The notes: a model not told the origin generated them from the sequence alone. A DNA stretch of 64,000 nt from a virus (IMGVR_UViG_2806310684_000002:3827-67826), one strand, 5' to 3'. Shown: positions 46,624-55,868, counted from the first letter of the stretch. Program-made: numbers and translations.

Positions 46624-47379
46624 ATGAAAGAAAATATTAAAAGGTGGAGATTTTCACTAAATACATTGTTTTTTGTACTGATTATGCTTATTTGCTGTAT
46701 ATTTTCGTTATCTTTTGAATTACTGGTGCAAATACTTTCGGAAGTTATTTCTTTACTATTAATATCCTTTTGCATATATAATTTTATGAAAATATCTAAC
46801 AAGGTACTGGATAAGCTTGAATTAAAAAGTATAAAAAAATCTGTTGAAAATAAAAATCAAACACTTTATGGTTGGACCGGCAATGTAAATGCAGATTTTA
46901 TCTTTGAATTATTAGGAGATGAAAAGGAAAAAGGGAATACTCTTGAAAATCTTAGGTATATAAAGGGGGAAATTGAATTAAAAGTAGGTTCAAATAAAGG
47001 TGATTATATTCTGCTTAAAAATTATATAGAAAGCTACGATAAAAATAGTATTTTTAGTAAATTTAATACAATCGTTTTCGGATTGTTAGTTGCAGTATTA
47101 ACTTCCGGGCTTACATTGTTTATTAAATCGGAAAAAGTTAAATCTTTTACAAATAGTTTTTTCTTTAGCCCACAACCTATTAAACCTCTCGAATACATTC
47201 AATTTATTGTTGATGTGGGATATATAGTTATGATAGGTTGTGCTTTCCTTATATTTATTATTAATCATTTAATGCGAGAAAAGCGTAAGCTAGAAGGTCT
47301 TAAAGCTATTATAGAAACAATTATATATGAAAAAGATAATAATATTAGTTCTACCAGCTCACTGGAGGACACTGAATGA
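46624..47379 (+). CDS. Inserted AT-rich four-TM membrane protein
   Basis: Two pairs of TM helices; flanked by a TTAGTTCTA direct repeat. Confidence 0.7.
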   Translation: MKENIKRWRFSLNTLFFVLIMLICCIFSLSFELLVQILSEVISLLLISFCIYNFMKISNKVLDKLELKSIKKSVENKNQTLYGWTGNVNADFIFELLGDEKEKGNTLENLRYIKGEIELKVGSNKGDYILLKNYIESYDKNSIFSKFNTIVFGLLVAVLTSGLTLFIKSEKVKSFTNSFFFSPQPIKPLEYIQFIVDVGYIVMIGCAFLIFIINHLMREKRKLEGLKAIIETIIYEKDNNISSTSSLEDTE

Positions 47380-47414
47380 ACGGTTAACGCCGTCGTTTGG
47401 TGTCCTCTTTTTTT
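47359..47414 (+). terminator. Large terminator/attenuator hairpin
   Basis: GAGGACAC...GTGTCCTC followed by T7. Confidence 0.7.
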
Positions 47415-47432
47415 GTATAGGGGGGCAATGGG

Positions 47433-47573
47433 ATGAATTCAGAAGCAAAAATAAAATCGAAGCAACCTGTACAAACGAACGAGCAAAAGCTTTCTGAAAG
47501 AGAATGGAAAGAACTTATGGGTATTGGCAGGCCGGTTTATCGCAGGCATAGAGGATCGCTTAGACAAAAATAA
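47433..47573 (+). CDS. Small basic phage protein (homolog of 13473)
   Basis: LSEREWKELMG..YRRHRG. Confidence 0.6.
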   Translation: MNSEAKIKSKQPVQTNEQKLSEREWKELMGIGRPVYRRHRGSLRQK

Positions 47574-47588
47574 TGAAGGAGTGGTCAT

Positions 47589-48083
47589 GTGAGACAATTA
47601 CTTATCGAATATAAACGGTCACTACGAGAAGCCAGGAAGATGTTGAAAACGATTGATAGCAAATTAGATCCTTCTTTAATAGATAAAGAGGATAAAGGTT
47701 TGATAAATAACATAATCAGCGACCTAGAATACGCTATTGAATGGTTAAAATCCGGAAGAAATCCAGATGCCAGAAGAGGAATCGATAAAAATGGGGTATA
47801 TCTTACTGATCCTGGTGTGCTTGACATTTTGCCTGTTCAGGTAGTGTATAAGGAACTCTCTAAAGAATTACCATCTTTCGAAAGGGAGTTAATCGAAGAT
47901 GCCCTTTGTACCCTTAGCGATAGAGAAAAGGATGTATTTATGATGATTAAAGTTGAAGGTCTCACCTTTGACAACACTGCAGATTTATTAGGGGTAAAAA
48001 AAAGTACTGTTCAAACGCATCTTGAAAGAGCAGAAAAGAAAATCAATGAAAGAAAAATCGGGAGCCTTTTTCTAGTTTCATGA
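47589..48083 (+). CDS. Xpf-like phage sigma / positive control factor
   Basis: IISDLEYAIEWLKSGRNP..RRG; LSDREKDVF..STVQTHLERAEKKI. Confidence 0.85.
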   Translation: MRQLLIEYKRSLREARKMLKTIDSKLDPSLIDKEDKGLINNIISDLEYAIEWLKSGRNPDARRGIDKNGVYLTDPGVLDILPVQVVYKELSKELPSFERELIEDALCTLSDREKDVFMMIKVEGLTFDNTADLLGVKKSTVQTHLERAEKKINERKIGSLFLVS

Positions 48084-48218
48084 AAAAGGTTTTTTTTTGT
48101 CGTACAAATGATGTATATATATAGATATATATTTAAATGTAAATAATTCACCCTTTCTCTAATTTGAGGTAACAGATACTAAATGTGGTATTATAGAGTT
48201 AAGGGGAGGTAGTTTCTT

Positions 48219-48443
48219 ATGCCGAAAAATGTTCTGAGCGAAGAAAGTAGAATTGCTATAAAATCCACCTTAAATATTAATATAACAAAATCTAAAAACA
48301 ATTGCAGAAATTGTCACTATCGCCCAGTTGATTATATCTGTAATAAACATTTTATTAAAACAGAGAATAATGAGACGTGCCAGCAATTTAAAAAAGATAT
48401 TAAATTTACTTTTGTAAACGGCGGAAGAATGTCGCCTAGATAA
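48219..48443 (+). CDS. Small Cys-rich protein (moron)
   Basis: CRNCHY..ICNKH..CQQF; own TGGTATTAT promoter and terminator. Confidence 0.65.
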   Translation: MPKNVLSEESRIAIKSTLNINITKSKNNCRNCHYRPVDYICNKHFIKTENNETCQQFKKDIKFTFVNGGRMSPR

Positions 48444-48510
48444 GATATAATCATGCATCCTCCGGGATGTTTTTTCTTTTTTAGATATCCACTTCGGAAG
48501 TACTTGTTTA

Positions 48511-48753
48511 TCAGTTTGATCCTTTCAATTTACGAATCATTAATCTAACAGCGTTATCCAATTCTCTTTCTGATCTAGTTGATTCGATTTCAGTGCGGAC
48601 TTCTTCAAACTTTATTTTTTTTCCTGTTTCAACTTCTTCTACTAAAACAGGAATTACAGATCCTACAAGCGTGTAATAAACTAGATAAGAATTATCTTCT
48701 GCATTTACTAATGAAACTTGTAGTTTATTGTTGTGTAGCCAAGGACTAGTCAT
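48511..48753 (-). CDS. Hypothetical protein (moron)
   Basis: RBS AAGGAGG; sigma-H-like promoter. Confidence 0.65.
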   Translation of the reverse strand: MTSPWLHNNKLQVSLVNAEDNSYLVYYTLVGSVIPVLVEEVETGKKIKFEEVRTEIESTRSERELDNAVRLMIRKLKGSN

Positions 48754-48877
48754 TGTAACACCTCCTTTTCAACAATATTCGGCAAGAAGAAGTAAAAACC
48801 TCTAAATCTCTTATCCACTCGTATGAATGTTGGAGGAATAAACCTTTTTTTTTTGAAATAAAATAATAAGAGGGAGA

Positions 48878-49144
48878 TGGTAGTATTAATAAAAACAAAT
48901 TGATCAGGGAAATAAAGTATTGTCAGAGGCGGATTTTGGATTAGAACAAGAAATGTTCGATGATGCAGTTAACTATCTTAGAAGAGATGGATATTTAAAA
49001 GGGTTACACTATGGAGATAACAGATCGCAATTTTTTGAAGGAACTGCATATTTAACGAAAAAAGGGGAAACTTACCTTTCTAAAAATAGCACCCTGTCAA
49101 AGACATACAAAGGGCTCAAAGAGATAAGAAGCTGGCTACCTTGA
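48878..49144 (+). pseudogene. YjcQ-like protein with a damaged 5' end
   Basis: YLRRDGYLKG..LTKKGETYLSKNSTLSKTYKGLKEIR; upstream RBS/ATG frame stops early. Confidence 0.6.
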
Positions 49145-49566
49145 AAAGCACTAAATGGGGTGCTTTTTTTCTTTGCTCATGTACAAATAAAATACTTGGA
49201 GGTGGTGGTGAACGGAACATGGCTAGGGCGTCACCTTTCGGTGGCGTTTTTTTATATAATTTTACTTGTACCCCATCCCTATAAAAGAGACGGGGCACTT
49301 TGTATTTTTTTGTTTTATTTTTTATCTGAAGTAAAATCCTATAGCTATCGACGCGATTAACAAGAGTTTTTTAAAGAACCCTTTTTCAAAATCTACCCAA
49401 ATATATATTGATTTACCTGTACACATAAAGAAAAACTTCATTTAGCTCCTAACCGTGCCCAGTCATATAATATTATGTGTTAGAAGAAAAAAATTTATTC
49501 ATTTTCTCCTATTAACTAAAAGAAACTTTAAGATATACTTTATATTAAAAACGGTGGGGGACAAAA

Positions 49567-50133
49567 ATGAATTATTTTGAATTAACTCAAGCTATAGGTT
49601 CAGTAGCAACTGCAGGTGCTTTTATTTGGGCGTTTATTTCACATCGACTTGATAGCAAACGTTATGATAACCAATTGGAAGAAGAAAGACGTAAACATCT
49701 TCAAGATAGAAGTGATATTGAAATTAGTCAAATCGAAAGCAAAATAACTAACCTTAACGAAACAATGAATAATTACGCAGGAATATTATTAACAAGTGAA
49801 AAACTTAAATGGTCATTAAAGAGAATGTCTGAAAATATAGAACAAAATAAAAACTCTTTTGTTATATCGGATTATGAACCTCATTTAGAGGAAATGAGAC
49901 AGTTGCTTAATCATTTATTACCTTGGCAGCAGTCAATTATAGGAGATCTACCAATAGACCCTTTAATCAATAACTTTTACGCATACTATAAATATAGTTC
50001 TAAGGAAGAGTTATTGGAATGGGTAGAAAACTTCGAATTGCAAGTAGAACAAGCAGCAGAGATTTGTGGAGACACTATAGAAAGAATATCTAATATTATT
50101 GAGAATTTACAAAATAAATTAATGTCATTTTAA
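49567..50133 (+). CDS. Hypothetical protein with N-terminal TM and coiled coil (moron)
   Basis: QAIGSVATAGAFIWAF; own TATACT; AT-rich. Confidence 0.7.
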   Translation: MNYFELTQAIGSVATAGAFIWAFISHRLDSKRYDNQLEEERRKHLQDRSDIEISQIESKITNLNETMNNYAGILLTSEKLKWSLKRMSENIEQNKNSFVISDYEPHLEEMRQLLNHLLPWQQSIIGDLPIDPLINNFYAYYKYSSKEELLEWVENFELQVEQAAEICGDTIERISNIIENLQNKLMSF

Positions 50134-50289
50134 TACAAGGACTCTATAGTCCTTTTTATTTTGCTCCAAAACAATTCAATACTAGGAGGTGCAGGTGATG
50201 TAAAGTGGCTTAGGCAAAGCCTTCCGGTGGCGTATCAAATATTATATAATTTTATTAATTATTTTTTGCATTTGTGGATATATTAATCC

Positions 50290-50488
50290 TATAAAGCGAT
50301 ATAGCGATATCGATATATCGTGATGCCCTAGGTTGCACCCTAGAACATCACTTGTTGTTTAGATCAGATATCTGAATAACCAAACAACTATCAACAACAA
50401 TAACGGATCGCTTATAATAATAGTCATGTTTGCCTTCTTTCTGATGGATACGATTTAGTATCTTTCAATTGAAAGGGGGCTATACATG
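50290..50488 (+). ncRNA. Putative orphan structured RNA
   Basis: Closing stem TATAAAGCGAT/ATCGCTTATA around three hairpins, followed by an RBS-occluding hairpin. Confidence 0.45.
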
Positions 50489-50537
50489 TACCTTGAAATA
50501 ATCCACTATTCGCCGATAAACTTTTTGGAGGTGGGTT

Positions 50538-50759
50538 ATGGAAAAAATTAATTGGACTCCTTTAAAATCTGATTTTGATAATATTATTACTTTTCCATTC
50601 ATTAGATTATTAATTTCACTTGCAATTGTTTATGTAGTTGTTTTTATTGTTCTAATTAAGATTAGATTACCAAAACAATTAGCTAATTACATAGCTACAG
50701 CAGCTCTGTTAGCAGTATTGTACTATTCATTTACACATGGTTATTTACCAGGAACTTAA
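50538..50759 (+). CDS. Small two-TM protein
   Basis: RBS GGAGG; hydrophobic. Confidence 0.7.
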   Translation: MEKINWTPLKSDFDNIITFPFIRLLISLAIVYVVVFIVLIKIRLPKQLANYIATAALLAVLYYSFTHGYLPGT

Positions 50760-50857
50760 GGCACTCAGTGATGGGTGTTTTAAATTTTCCATAATGAAAA
50801 GATATCTATATCCTTTAATGAACTGTACCCCATTTTACGGACAGTATAAAAAAGTGC

Positions 50858-51765
50858 CTAAATGGCTAATAAGTGGTCCCGGTATTGTACCGGGGCCATT
50901 TTCTTTAACCCCCGTTGGTATCGATGTTCATTATATTCTTCAATAACTCGATCAATTTCTTCCTTCACATCCGTTAAATTAGTACATGTTTTATATTCTG
51001 CCAAATCCTTAAAGTGGCCAAAAAAACTTTCCATTGGCGCATTATCCCAACAGTTTCCCTTACGGGACATGGATTGGGTTATCCCAAGTTCCTTCACTTT
51101 GCGTTGAAATAGAGGATTGGTGTAATGGAACCCCTGGTCAGAATGAAGGATTACACTCGGATGGAATTCGTGACACACAGCCTGCTTTAGCTTATGTAAG
51201 GTCTCGTAAACAATATCCATTTCTAATGAAGTAGATAAATGGTACGTAACGATTTCTTTTGTGGCGGCATCCTTCACGCATGATAAATAAGCTTTTTGGC
51301 CTTTCCCATAATAAAGATAGGTAATGTCAGTAAGCAGGACCTTCCCTGGCACCTCCTGATTGAATTTACGTTTAAGAAGGTTTGGACAAGTAAGGTGCTC
51401 CTTGGTTGCCTTGGCCATCTTCCTATAGGGGTTCGCCCTTCTGATTTTCGCTAGGAGATTATATTTTGTCATCAACCGTCTGATTTTCTTATGATTCATT
51501 ACAGCAGAGTAGTCATTCTCCATAATCATTTTGATTTGGAGAGCGCCTACTTTTTCCTTTTTGCTGATGAAAATATTTCTGATCAATTCTATATCCAATC
51601 CATCCTGTTCTTCACGTAGCTCCCGGTAAGGAGCTGCCTTTACCCAATCATAGTAACCACTTCGACTTACACCAGCCAATTTGCATAGATAAGAAACAGC
51701 CTTCTTTAATTGGTGTATTCTAATCGTCCTTTCAATCAGATAGAACTTCTCGGCAGAAGTTAGAA
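50858..51765 (-). CDS. IS3 transposase OrfB (DDE)
   Basis: TDITY, HSDQG, SRKGNCWDNAPMESFF; -1 frame relative to orfA. Confidence 0.92.
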
Positions 51766-52191
51766 TTATTTCTTTTTCAAAGCCTGCCTTTCTAGCTCTT
51801 CCAGCTTTTTTAGGAAGTCATTTTCTGCTTCAAGGAATTTAATTCTCGCCTCGGCCTTCCTAAGTTGTTCCTCTACAGACTGTGGCTTGGAAGTGGGACG
51901 TCCTGTACTTCCTTTTCCACGCCGTTCCGTAAGGAAGCCTTCCTCACCAAACCTTTCAAAGGTACTACGCCAGCGCTGTAGACAACGTATGGGTTGTTTC
52001 TTTCCAACTATTTCGAGATTAATTCCCTGGTCCATGAAAATTTGAGAGGGGGCTTTCCCCTTTTTATATTCTTTAACAGATTTTTTCTTGAATTCAGGAC
52101 TATAGGAAATAGATCGCTCGGAAGCACTAATGATATTTGGATTCTTTTCAAGTTCTTTAATTTGAAATTCAGTATATATATTCTTACTCAT
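51766..52191 (-). CDS. IS3 transposase OrfA
   Basis: YSPEFK..LEAENDFLKK; A-AAA-AAG slippery site near 51806. Confidence 0.88.
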   Translation of the reverse strand: MSKNIYTEFQIKELEKNPNIISASERSISYSPEFKKKSVKEYKKGKAPSQIFMDQGINLEIVGKKQPIRCLQRWRSTFERFGEEGFLTERRGKGSTGRPTSKPQSVEEQLRKAEARIKFLEAENDFLKKLEELERQALKKK

Positions 52192-52346
52192 AGAAACCCT
52201 CCGTCCATACTCATTACATCCATTGAAACATAAAAAAACCCGGATAAGGAACACTTTTTTATGTGTGTCCGTTATCCGGGGTATAGTTCATAAATGAGTT
52301 TTGAGACATTTAGTTTGGTTTTCCTTTAAAACAAACATTGGATGGA

Positions 52347-52514
52347 ATGGCGTTAAAATTAGCAATCATTTTAGTTATCCCTTTATTAGTTGGATTAATC
52401 GTTAAGTTTACCCTTGGTCGAATAATAAAGTTACCTGATACAATTTCAAATTTTATATCCACAATAGTTTTTCTGGTTATTTTTTATAAGATTATAATTT
52501 GGGTTTTGGGTTAA
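52347..52514 (+). CDS. Small two-TM protein, similar to 50538
   Basis: IKLPDTISNFISTIVF versus IRLPKQLANYIATAAL. Confidence 0.5.
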   Translation: MALKLAIILVIPLLVGLIVKFTLGRIIKLPDTISNFISTIVFLVIFYKIIIWVLG

Positions 52515-52593
52515 ACAGGAGATAGCATCCATTGAATTGGATGCTTTTTCTTTTCAGGAAAAACGAAAAATATATAAAATATTCCAAATATTA

Positions 52594-52622
52594 TTGACGT
52601 GAGTAAATATAAATGATATAAT
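52594..52622 (+). promoter_or_regulatory. Strong sigma-A promoter
   Basis: TTGACG-17bp-TATAAT with a TG extension. Confidence 0.8.
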
Positions 52623-52649
52623 TAATATATAGAAAGGGGGGACAAGCAA

Positions 52650-52937
52650 GTGGCAAAAACGGCAATCGTGCTAGGGTTGGTACTAACATCGCTGATGATA
52701 GTAGAAAAAACCTTAGACATAATTACAAAAATAAAAAGCCCAAAAATGACGCTACCGGGAAGTAAGCAATCAAAATTTGAGCCGAGGGAGAGAAGTTCGC
52801 AGCTTCTCTTCCTTAATAAGAATTATAACAGGATGCCACTTGTTAAACAATATGATGAAAAGGGTAATAGATTACGACAGCTTTTTAGTACTGGTGATTT
52901 TAGCTTATCTCTTGTTTTTCCAAGACAAGGTACATGA
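52650..52937 (+). CDS. Type I toxin-like peptide (N-terminal TM, basic tail; 3' part may be run-on)
   Basis: MAKTAIVLGLVLTSLMIVEK; overlapped by an antisense unit. Confidence 0.5.
   Translation: MAKTAIVLGLVLTSLMIVEKTLDIITKIKSPKMTLPGSKQSKFEPRERSSQLLFLNKNYNRMPLVKQYDEKGNRLRQLFSTGDFSLSLVFPRQGT
52728..52830 (-). ncRNA. Putative antisense (antitoxin-like) RNA
   Basis: Minus-strand TGTTATAAT, hairpin GAGAAG..CTTCTC, terminal stem plus TTTTTATTT. Confidence 0.5.
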
Positions 52938-53046
52938 AGGATTATTAAAGAGCACTTTGGAAATCTTACTTATTATCTTGATGGTACTCATGATAATCGA
53001 TAAAGTATTGTCTCTTTATCATCGTTACCAGGAAAGGAAATCGTAA
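52852..53046 (+). CDS. Small two-TM protein
   Basis: FLVLVILAYLLFF..ILLIILMVLMII. Confidence 0.6.
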   Translation: MMKRVIDYDSFLVLVILAYLLFFQDKVHEGLLKSTLEILLIILMVLMIIDKVLSLYHRYQERKS

Positions 53047-53276
53047 TGTATACATTTAATTCAAGAGAAGAACTTGCTGCATTCGTACAGGATGAAATAA
53101 TTAACACCACTGAAGCATTAGATATTTTACAATGCTCTAGGCAAAACTTAAATAACTTAGTCAAAAGAGAAGTTTTAACTCCAATTAAAGATCTGCCTCG
53201 GGACCGACTGTTTTTTAAAGAGGATATCGTAAAGCGTAAGGATTATATGGATAAGAAAAGAGAAGCATCATCCTAG
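53046..53276 (+). CDS. Excisionase/MerR-like HTH DNA-binding protein
   Basis: INTTEALDILQCSRQNLNNLVK..RLFFKEDI. Confidence 0.8.
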   Translation: MYTFNSREELAAFVQDEIINTTEALDILQCSRQNLNNLVKREVLTPIKDLPRDRLFFKEDIVKRKDYMDKKREASS

Positions 53277-53370
53277 CCGATGGTGCTTTTTTGTTTGTCA
53301 TTATTTGTCGAAGGTTACCTGTTGTTAAAATAGTTCCTTTTACTCATAATAATGGGTGGAGGAGATTAAT

Positions 53371-54276
53371 ATGTCTAGAGTGAAAAGAATTGGTTTTAAT
53401 TTTTTTAAAAGTATGACACAGAATGCAGATGGTAGATATGTAAGGTTAAACTTAAGTCCTATTTTTAACCATATTATTGATCAATACCAAAGGGCAAGAA
53501 CTAGCGGAGACCCAGAATATAAAAGAGTTTATTCTTATAATAATGAACCTGCAAGACTTTCAGAAATTAATGTTGATTTTAATACACAGTATTTTCATCT
53601 CACTTTCGAAAGATTGAACTATGCTTTACCGAATAAAACTACTCTTCATGGGGAGTCAGAGATATTAGATCTAGACTCTGATGAATTTATAGGTCACGAA
53701 GCTACGGTGCTTTATGATTCGCAAAATCATATATTAATGATACAAAGAAATAGGGATTCATTGGGACCAACTGCTATTGCAGCGTTTATAGAATCTCTTG
53801 TTGTACAAGCAAATGTATCAAGTAATTTTTCTTGCGCGATGGTCACTGATAAAACAGCTAAAAGAAGAGCTTTTAATCAAACTTCCTATAGAAAAATTAC
53901 GACAAAGGTTGTGGGCACAAAAGCTAATGGTCTTCTTGAACGTTTATTTGATACCAATCCAGGAGTCGCTTCAATTGAGATATCTTTCAATTCAAAGGCG
54001 GTAAAAGATGCAGAAATTGATCAGGACTTCACTCTACAGTTACTGGAGGACTTTATTGATGATCCAGAAGTTGAAAGATTGAGAATAAGAGCTAGAGAAA
54101 ATGAAGAATCGCCTGTTGAACCAATTGACTTAATAAACCATAAACTTGAAGCTTCACAAACAGTTGATTTAAGGACTGACAGGCAATTAAACACCTATAG
54201 GGTTTTTGAGTATATGGTTGAACTTTATAATACGACAGATGGTGGGTATAAAAATAAAATACTAAGGATGGATTGA
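53371..54276 (+). CDS. DUF6731-like soluble protein (RexA-like candidate)
   Basis: LDSDEFIGHEATVLYD..ILMIQRN..PIDLI. Confidence 0.65.
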   Translation: MSRVKRIGFNFFKSMTQNADGRYVRLNLSPIFNHIIDQYQRARTSGDPEYKRVYSYNNEPARLSEINVDFNTQYFHLTFERLNYALPNKTTLHGESEILDLDSDEFIGHEATVLYDSQNHILMIQRNRDSLGPTAIAAFIESLVVQANVSSNFSCAMVTDKTAKRRAFNQTSYRKITTKVVGTKANGLLERLFDTNPGVASIEISFNSKAVKDAEIDQDFTLQLLEDFIDDPEVERLRIRARENEESPVEPIDLINHKLEASQTVDLRTDRQLNTYRVFEYMVELYNTTDGGYKNKILRMD

Positions 54277-54277
54277 G

Positions 54278-54781
54278 ATGCGGTTTAGCTATTTATTCGT
54301 TACCATAGCTATAGTGTTATCGTTAATCATTAGCACCATTATATATATATATTTACCGATTTTTAAATTTGAAGGATTTGAAAAAGCTCTTGATGGAATC
54401 TTATTGCTTTCAAGTATTTCTCTAGGGTTTTACGGTGCTTGTTTGAGTGTGTTAGCCTCAATATTTAACACAAAGATGGTTAAAGAAATAATGAATGATA
54501 AAAATTATAGAGCTGAATTTATATTTGTTTCAGTTTCTGCTTTAATCATTGGCTTTGTTTTAGTTATCACAACTATTGTATATCAGGTTCTTTTTGCCAA
54601 TGGTAGGGTTAGTTTTGCTATTATGAACTGTGTAAATTCAGTTTGGATATTTTTGTTAATGATATTCCTTAGTTTTAGCTTTCTTTTTGTTTTAACTGCA
54701 TTTTTTATATTCTTTAAAAATAAAGATAAGCAAGAAGATGAACAAGTTAATTCAGGTGAGATCAGAAACCCTGAATTTTAA
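54278..54781 (+). CDS. Four-TM membrane protein (RexB-like candidate)
   Basis: Four hydrophobic helices; starts 1 bp after the partner's stop codon. Confidence 0.7.
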   Translation: MRFSYLFVTIAIVLSLIISTIIYIYLPIFKFEGFEKALDGILLLSSISLGFYGACLSVLASIFNTKMVKEIMNDKNYRAEFIFVSVSALIIGFVLVITTIVYQVLFANGRVSFAIMNCVNSVWIFLLMIFLSFSFLFVLTAFFIFFKNKDKQEDEQVNSGEIRNPEF

Positions 54782-55017
54782 TTAAGGATCCGTTAGGATG
54801 TTTTTGTATATTGAATATTGTGAGTGTATTCCTAGCTATGTTTGAAGAATTCTTCAAGACGCTCTTAAGGACTTACTAGGGTAATGTATAAATAATTAAA
54901 CTAATGAGCTATCTCAATCATGGGATGGCTTTTTCTTTTGGAGAAAGAAGGTGGATTATAAAAGGGTTATGGCTGAGTACAAGACAGAAGCACAGAAGAA
55001 GAAGGGAGAAATAAACC

Positions 55018-55383
55018 ATGATAGTTGAAACAAGAAAAACAGCATCTGGTACGGAGTATTGGGATGCAAAAGAAAAGAAAGTTTTATTTGTACCTAAAGG
55101 ACAGAAGCCTAACTTTGAAATGACAGAGAATCCAAAGTCTATGATATATGGAATGGATTTAGCAAAAGGTAAAGATAAGACGTTGATTAACGATGAATTT
55201 GTGGATACAACTCCATATGGTGTAAATGATGGAGAAACAAGTTACCAGCTTAATGAAATGACGATTAAAGAGCTTAGGTCACTTGCAGAACAACAGGAGA
55301 TTAAGATTCCTAAGGATGTAACAAAGCGTGATGATATGGCTCAGTGCATCTTCGAGAACTGGTCAACTGATGATGAAGAATGA
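55018..55383 (+). CDS. Phage protein with a C-terminal Rho-N/HeH-like motif
   Basis: LNEMTIKELRSLAEQQEIKIP. Confidence 0.65.
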   Translation: MIVETRKTASGTEYWDAKEKKVLFVPKGQKPNFEMTENPKSMIYGMDLAKGKDKTLINDEFVDTTPYGVNDGETSYQLNEMTIKELRSLAEQQEIKIPKDVTKRDDMAQCIFENWSTDDEE

Positions 55384-55796
55384 AATACTGTGATTTTAAC
55401 GGTTGTACAAACAAGATAAATCGTGGGGCCTATTGTGACGAACATAAGAAATCTAAGGAAACCGTTAAGCGAAAGCAAAATAAGAAAACCATTTACCACA
55501 ACCAAAATAAATCTTTCTATAATTCAAAGGAATGGAAACATAGGAGGTCTTTCATATATGAGCGAGAAAGTGGTTGCTGTCAGAAATGCGGAAGGTTTGT
55601 CTTTGGAAAGCAAGCGCAAGTTCATCACATTGTCACCAATAAAAAAAATCCATTATTGAAACTCGATCCCACTAACTTAATGCTTCTTTGTCCTTCATGC
55701 CACATGGAAGAAGAAAATAAGGACAAGGGGAAAATGGCAAAAGTTTATCCAAGTTATTTTAAAGTCCCCCTACCAAAAAATAATTTATTTGCTTAA
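55380..55796 (+). CDS. Terminase-associated HNH endonuclease
   Basis: FYNSKEWK..CQKCG..VHHI..NLMLLCPSCH. Confidence 0.9.
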   Translation: MKYCDFNGCTNKINRGAYCDEHKKSKETVKRKQNKKTIYHNQNKSFYNSKEWKHRRSFIYERESGCCQKCGRFVFGKQAQVHHIVTNKKNPLLKLDPTNLMLLCPSCHMEEENKDKGKMAKVYPSYFKVPLPKNNLFA

Positions 55797-55835
55797 GGAA
55801 GACCGGTGAGATGGTAGGCACACGTATCGTTATAC
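55763..55835. other. Probable cos region
   Basis: CCCCC tract then GACCGG.. between the HNH and terS genes, the usual position in HNH-dependent cos phages. Confidence 0.4.
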
Positions 55836-55868
55836 AAAATTCCAAAAAAATAAAGGGGGGTGTGAATA

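Larger units (their letters stand above)
50819..52290 (-). mobile_element. IS3 family insertion sequence
   Basis: TG..CA ends; terminal IRs TGAACTRTACCCC..ACGGACA; 3-bp TAA target duplication. Confidence 0.93.

Noticed and set aside
48114-48135. (TA)n-like tract after the sigma gene
   Set aside because: Low-complexity sequence in the probable late promoter region; no separate function can be supported.
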